DNA of 64,000 bases from Lingula anatina (taxonomy: Eukaryota; Animalia; Brachiopoda), in the NCBI GenBank assembly GCA_051362555.1, contig CM120642.1:14136001-14200000 (forward strand), written 5' to 3'. Made by a program: the position numbers and the translations under genes. The stretch's first letter is position 1; every line of letters starts with the position of its first letter. Below, piece after piece: positions 60,901-64,000 of the stretch. The notes under the pieces are model-generated. The model was not told where the DNA came from. It made no database searches and saw nothing but the letters and a program-made list of their open reading frames with translations.

Positions 60901-62427
60901 AGACTCACTGGTAGTTTGGAAAAAAATTGATTGAAAAAATAACAAGGTTACAGCAAAATGCAAATATTACTACTGTTAAGGGAACTACAAATGTCCTTAA
61001 TTAGCATGAAATGCTTGGAGCAAGTGTTAATGAAAAATATAACAAGTTATGATAATTACTGAAAGAAAACTCTTAACATTTTTTAATTGAGAATGATGCA
61101 TTAGTTGTTTATATGCTTTTGGAAGACATTAACAACATTCCACATAACGGCAGTAGTTCTCAGTATTTTAAAAAGAGCAAGTGGAGGGCTTAATTACAAT
61201 GTAAAGATAACATACCTGAAGACTGTAATCCTTGAGATGACTTTTGTCAGGTATTTACAATAGAGATGGAAGGCCATTGTTATCTTAATGCAGCAAATCA
61301 TACTAAAGATAACTAGGTAGTCAGTCCATGTTGATTGCATTTAGAGTAAAGAAGTATTTGTATTAAATTACAATCAGTCGGTTTAATTTGCAGAGAGGGG
61401 AAAAGCATATTGCTCAGACACTTGACAACAATCAATTATATTACTAGTTGTTTCATATTAAAACACTAATTCTGCGATGGATTTTATTATGCTTTTTTCA
61501 TGCAGTATGAAATGGTCATTAAGTTAACTTTTTTTTTCATTTACCAGAAAATACAGCAGAAAGAGAAGTTTTTGAAGAAACTGGAATAAGAGCAAGTATG
61601 TAAAATTTCACAAGAAAATAGAATTGGAATTTGCAGAATATTTTGCCTTTAAAAGGATACCTCATATTCAAATAGAGAAGCTCATTTTTAAAATGAAAAG
61701 AATGATATTATGAAATAAAGTATTGGTCTTAATTGATCAGTCCAACTCTGCGGGATTCTGGCTGAATGTAATCAGATTAACGTGCCCCCTCCTGGCATTA
61801 AGTAGAATACAGAAAAGCTAGTGATTATACGAGCATGTTGCAAACAGCAGGAGGCATGTTAATCTTACAAACTGATTGCATTCAGTAAGAATCCTTGCTG
61901 AGTTGGATTGATCTATGTAAAACTATAGTTTTATTGGGAATGTGCCCTAAAATAATATATTAAAAGCGTTCAAGAGTACCAAATTTATTTATGAACAACG
62001 GAGTGTCCTAGCTTACACTTTAATTTTATCATTTACAATTGAAGTATTCAATACTAACATGCTTTACGTTATCTTATTCCATGCTTAAATTTTAGAGTAC
62101 CAGAGCATTCTTACCATGAGACAGCATCATGACCACCCTTCAGCCTTTGGGCGCTCTGACATCTACATCATCTGTCGCCTCTCGCCTGAGACATACGACC
62201 TTCACCCCTGCTCTACTGAGATCTCGGCCTGCCAGTGGATGCATGTGAAAGAACTTCTGTCACACGAGGATACCTCATCACTCACTAAAACTCTGTGTAA
62301 ACTGGCTCTTTATGGACTTGAAGAAGGTTTTGATAAGGTGGACATTTCATCTGAGATACATGAGTCTATATACCAAGGTTACCAGTTTAAACTGTTTCAT
62401 AGGCCACTGCCAAAGAAGTGGAGTTGA
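54917..62427 (+). CDS. NUDT6: Nudix hydrolase 6 (NUDT6), 6 coding exons, 312 aa
   Basis: Exons 54917-55157, 55345-55551 (RAVWLKVPI...GFTFHHAEGD...LPRYATHQVGVA), 56291-56349, 56987-57038 (WKFPGGLSDLGEDI), 61548-61595 (AEREVFEETG) and 62096-62427 (RQHH...AFGRSDIYIICRL). Phases are consistent and the Nudix box spans exons 4-5. The start codon choice is tentative. Confidence 0.93.
56390..56640. mobile_element. Foldback MITE in NUDT6 intron 3 (PIF/Harbinger-like ends)
   Basis: Ends gaccccattccca...tgggaatggggcc with TAA flanks. Imperfect inverted arms of ~95 bp (cagtcagcttaactgaatga / tcattcagttgagctgattg). Confidence 0.75.
58193..58834 (-). CDS. Nested antisense gene in NUDT6 intron 4: acidic protein with BACK/SPOP-C-like segment
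   Basis: 213-aa ORF in AT-rich DNA. Segment LRDICEASLCETITKENISERFILGHRYNMQTLLRSCTEFLSLNF matches the pattern seen after BTB domains. In-frame acceptor ...catttcAG at 58860-58859, and AATAAA on the - strand at 58173-58168. Confidence 0.6.
   Translation of the reverse strand: MESLEDHSEKMESSEDDYEFNMEPLIDILVSVKHPDDYPPMQDFTANQVHKKSPRDKPNDKDFPGAVSEWSESPGGTLRDICEASLCETITKENISERFILGHRYNMQTLLRSCTEFLSLNFMLIDKRDLYKIIINQGQVMALVENLVWLIEDLHHSNKNNGQSSVKKESNTDGSNDDDNDDNDTDANYEEDNSAINSDTEENWEAETYDIIP
61731..61947. mobile_element. Foldback MITE in NUDT6 intron 5 (5'-truncated, same family)
   Basis: gatcagtccaactc...gaatgtaatcag pairs with ctgattgcattc...gagttggattgatc. The right end is gggaatgtgccc. Confidence 0.65.
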
Positions 62428-64000
62428 TGTGGCCTTTCTAAATGAAGGCTAAAGATTTTAGATCATTTGTTTTTGCTTCTCATCAAGGCCAGGATACTTT
62501 TTTTGGCTCTGATGCCTTTTAATATTTTATAAAGATATAAAATTTTGTAAGTTAATTATATATATATACCAGTGTGTACATATATATTTTTTCCTTCACT
62601 TTGTAAAATATGAACTAGTCAGTTTGAAGTTTTAGTCTATGAAGGCATTTACTATTGAACGCTGATATAAACGATGCTTGAATGAAAGAACATCTCATTC
62701 AGTTGTGTATTAGAGCTCTTAAAATTACTGATTATGACAATAACTATGCGATATGCAAAGGGGGAATGGAAGTAGCATGAGTGGAAGGTGGGTCTCATGT
62801 CACAGGTTTTTTTTTTTTTTTTTTTTTTTGTAATGACAGTAAGTAATTACACTTTTTTGCTTTCTTCATTCCAAATTTGCCCATTAAATATGGCACAGGT
62901 GCTGAGCTATTAGATGCCCTAATTCTTAGGACTCTTAGTGAGCATTCCATTCCAACTCTTATTATAACTTGCTAGATCACTTCAAAAATGTATACATAGA
63001 TAGATGTATGCTTTATCAAGAATTGTACATTCTTGGTATTATGAATACTTAATTTCAACACTTTCACAAATTCAGGATTGCATATGTTTGTTTCAGTATT
63101 TTTTTCAATGTGATGTAATGAGGGTGCATCTCCAAGGTGCATGGTTTCTGTAAGTTCAAGTTAATTATATACTTCCAAATATTTTGTTTGGGTGTGGTAA
63201 CTTAAAAAAAATTGATTTCACTGATGAAATGGGAGTTTCTACAAATCATCTTGTGATATTTTCCTTTACGAAATATGTAATCAGGTAGCACAAGTTATGA
63301 TCATGTATTAAGCATTACCATAAATGCATATCACAATAAAAAGTTAATGAATAAAGGAATGCCTTGTTGTGCCTGGATGTGGAAGCATATTGTACAGGAT
63401 GTGGTGTGAGAGAGCTGTAATTTTTCAAATGCGGTTGTTGAGATATGAGCACATCAAGAGTACTGGTAGAGATTCTTTAAATCACATCTACTGCAATTTG
63501 CTGTGAATATAGTGAGCAGTTCTAACTTCCTTGCAATAACATTGATTACACATTTATCCAGAAGTACTGAGAAAACTGAATTTGAATTTTGACTTTTTTG
63601 TATCATTTCAGTTAAAAAACTTGCTGACAAGCTTTTTTTGATAGAGCAGCTAATTGATTTAATTTCATTATCATCTCAGAATTAAACTCAAGATGTATAT
63701 GTAACTTTTATAAATTTGTATTCTAGTCTTGAAAATAATTCAAAATTTCAAATTAATTTTCAGGAAAGGACCACAAGGGTGTTTATGATAATATTCCAGT
63801 ATGTTTGAATTTGCACATTGGTAATCTCTTCAGTAGTTTCCTGCAGATTGCCATCTCTTTTGCAGTACAGCTTTGCATTAATAATTAACACATTTGGTCT
63901 AAAGCAAATGGCATTCTAAATGAAGACAAAAACAAGGAAATACTTTTCAGATCAAAGCATTTATTTACAAGCTAATAGCACTAATAATTGCAAAGATGAA

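Overview
AT-rich, microsatellite-rich animal genomic DNA. A mollusc/lophotrochozoan origin is my inference from repeat style and gene structure and is not proven. The left ~43 kb has no credible protein-coding exons. It holds MITEs, a ~1 kb tandem repeat and microsatellites. The right ~21 kb holds two head-to-head spliced genes reconstructed by hand: an NDFIP (Nedd4-family interacting protein) gene on the - strand (7 coding exons, 54025->43540, 214 aa) and NUDT6 on the + strand (6 coding exons, 54917->62427, 312 aa). NDFIP intron 5 carries an intact, very young Ty3/Gypsy LTR retrotransposon (44215-51265) with apparently identical 614-bp LTRs, an ATAT target-site duplication, gag, a -1 frameshift and pol, but no env. 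Its most unusual trait is an in-frame insert between RNase H and integrase encoding a Cys-flanked transmembrane-like helix plus a polybasic tail, reminiscent of FAST-type small fusogens. It also has three tandem tRNA-Leu-like primer-binding motifs, two of them inside U5. NUDT6 intron 4 hosts a nested antisense 213-aa ORF with a BACK/SPOP-C-like segment.
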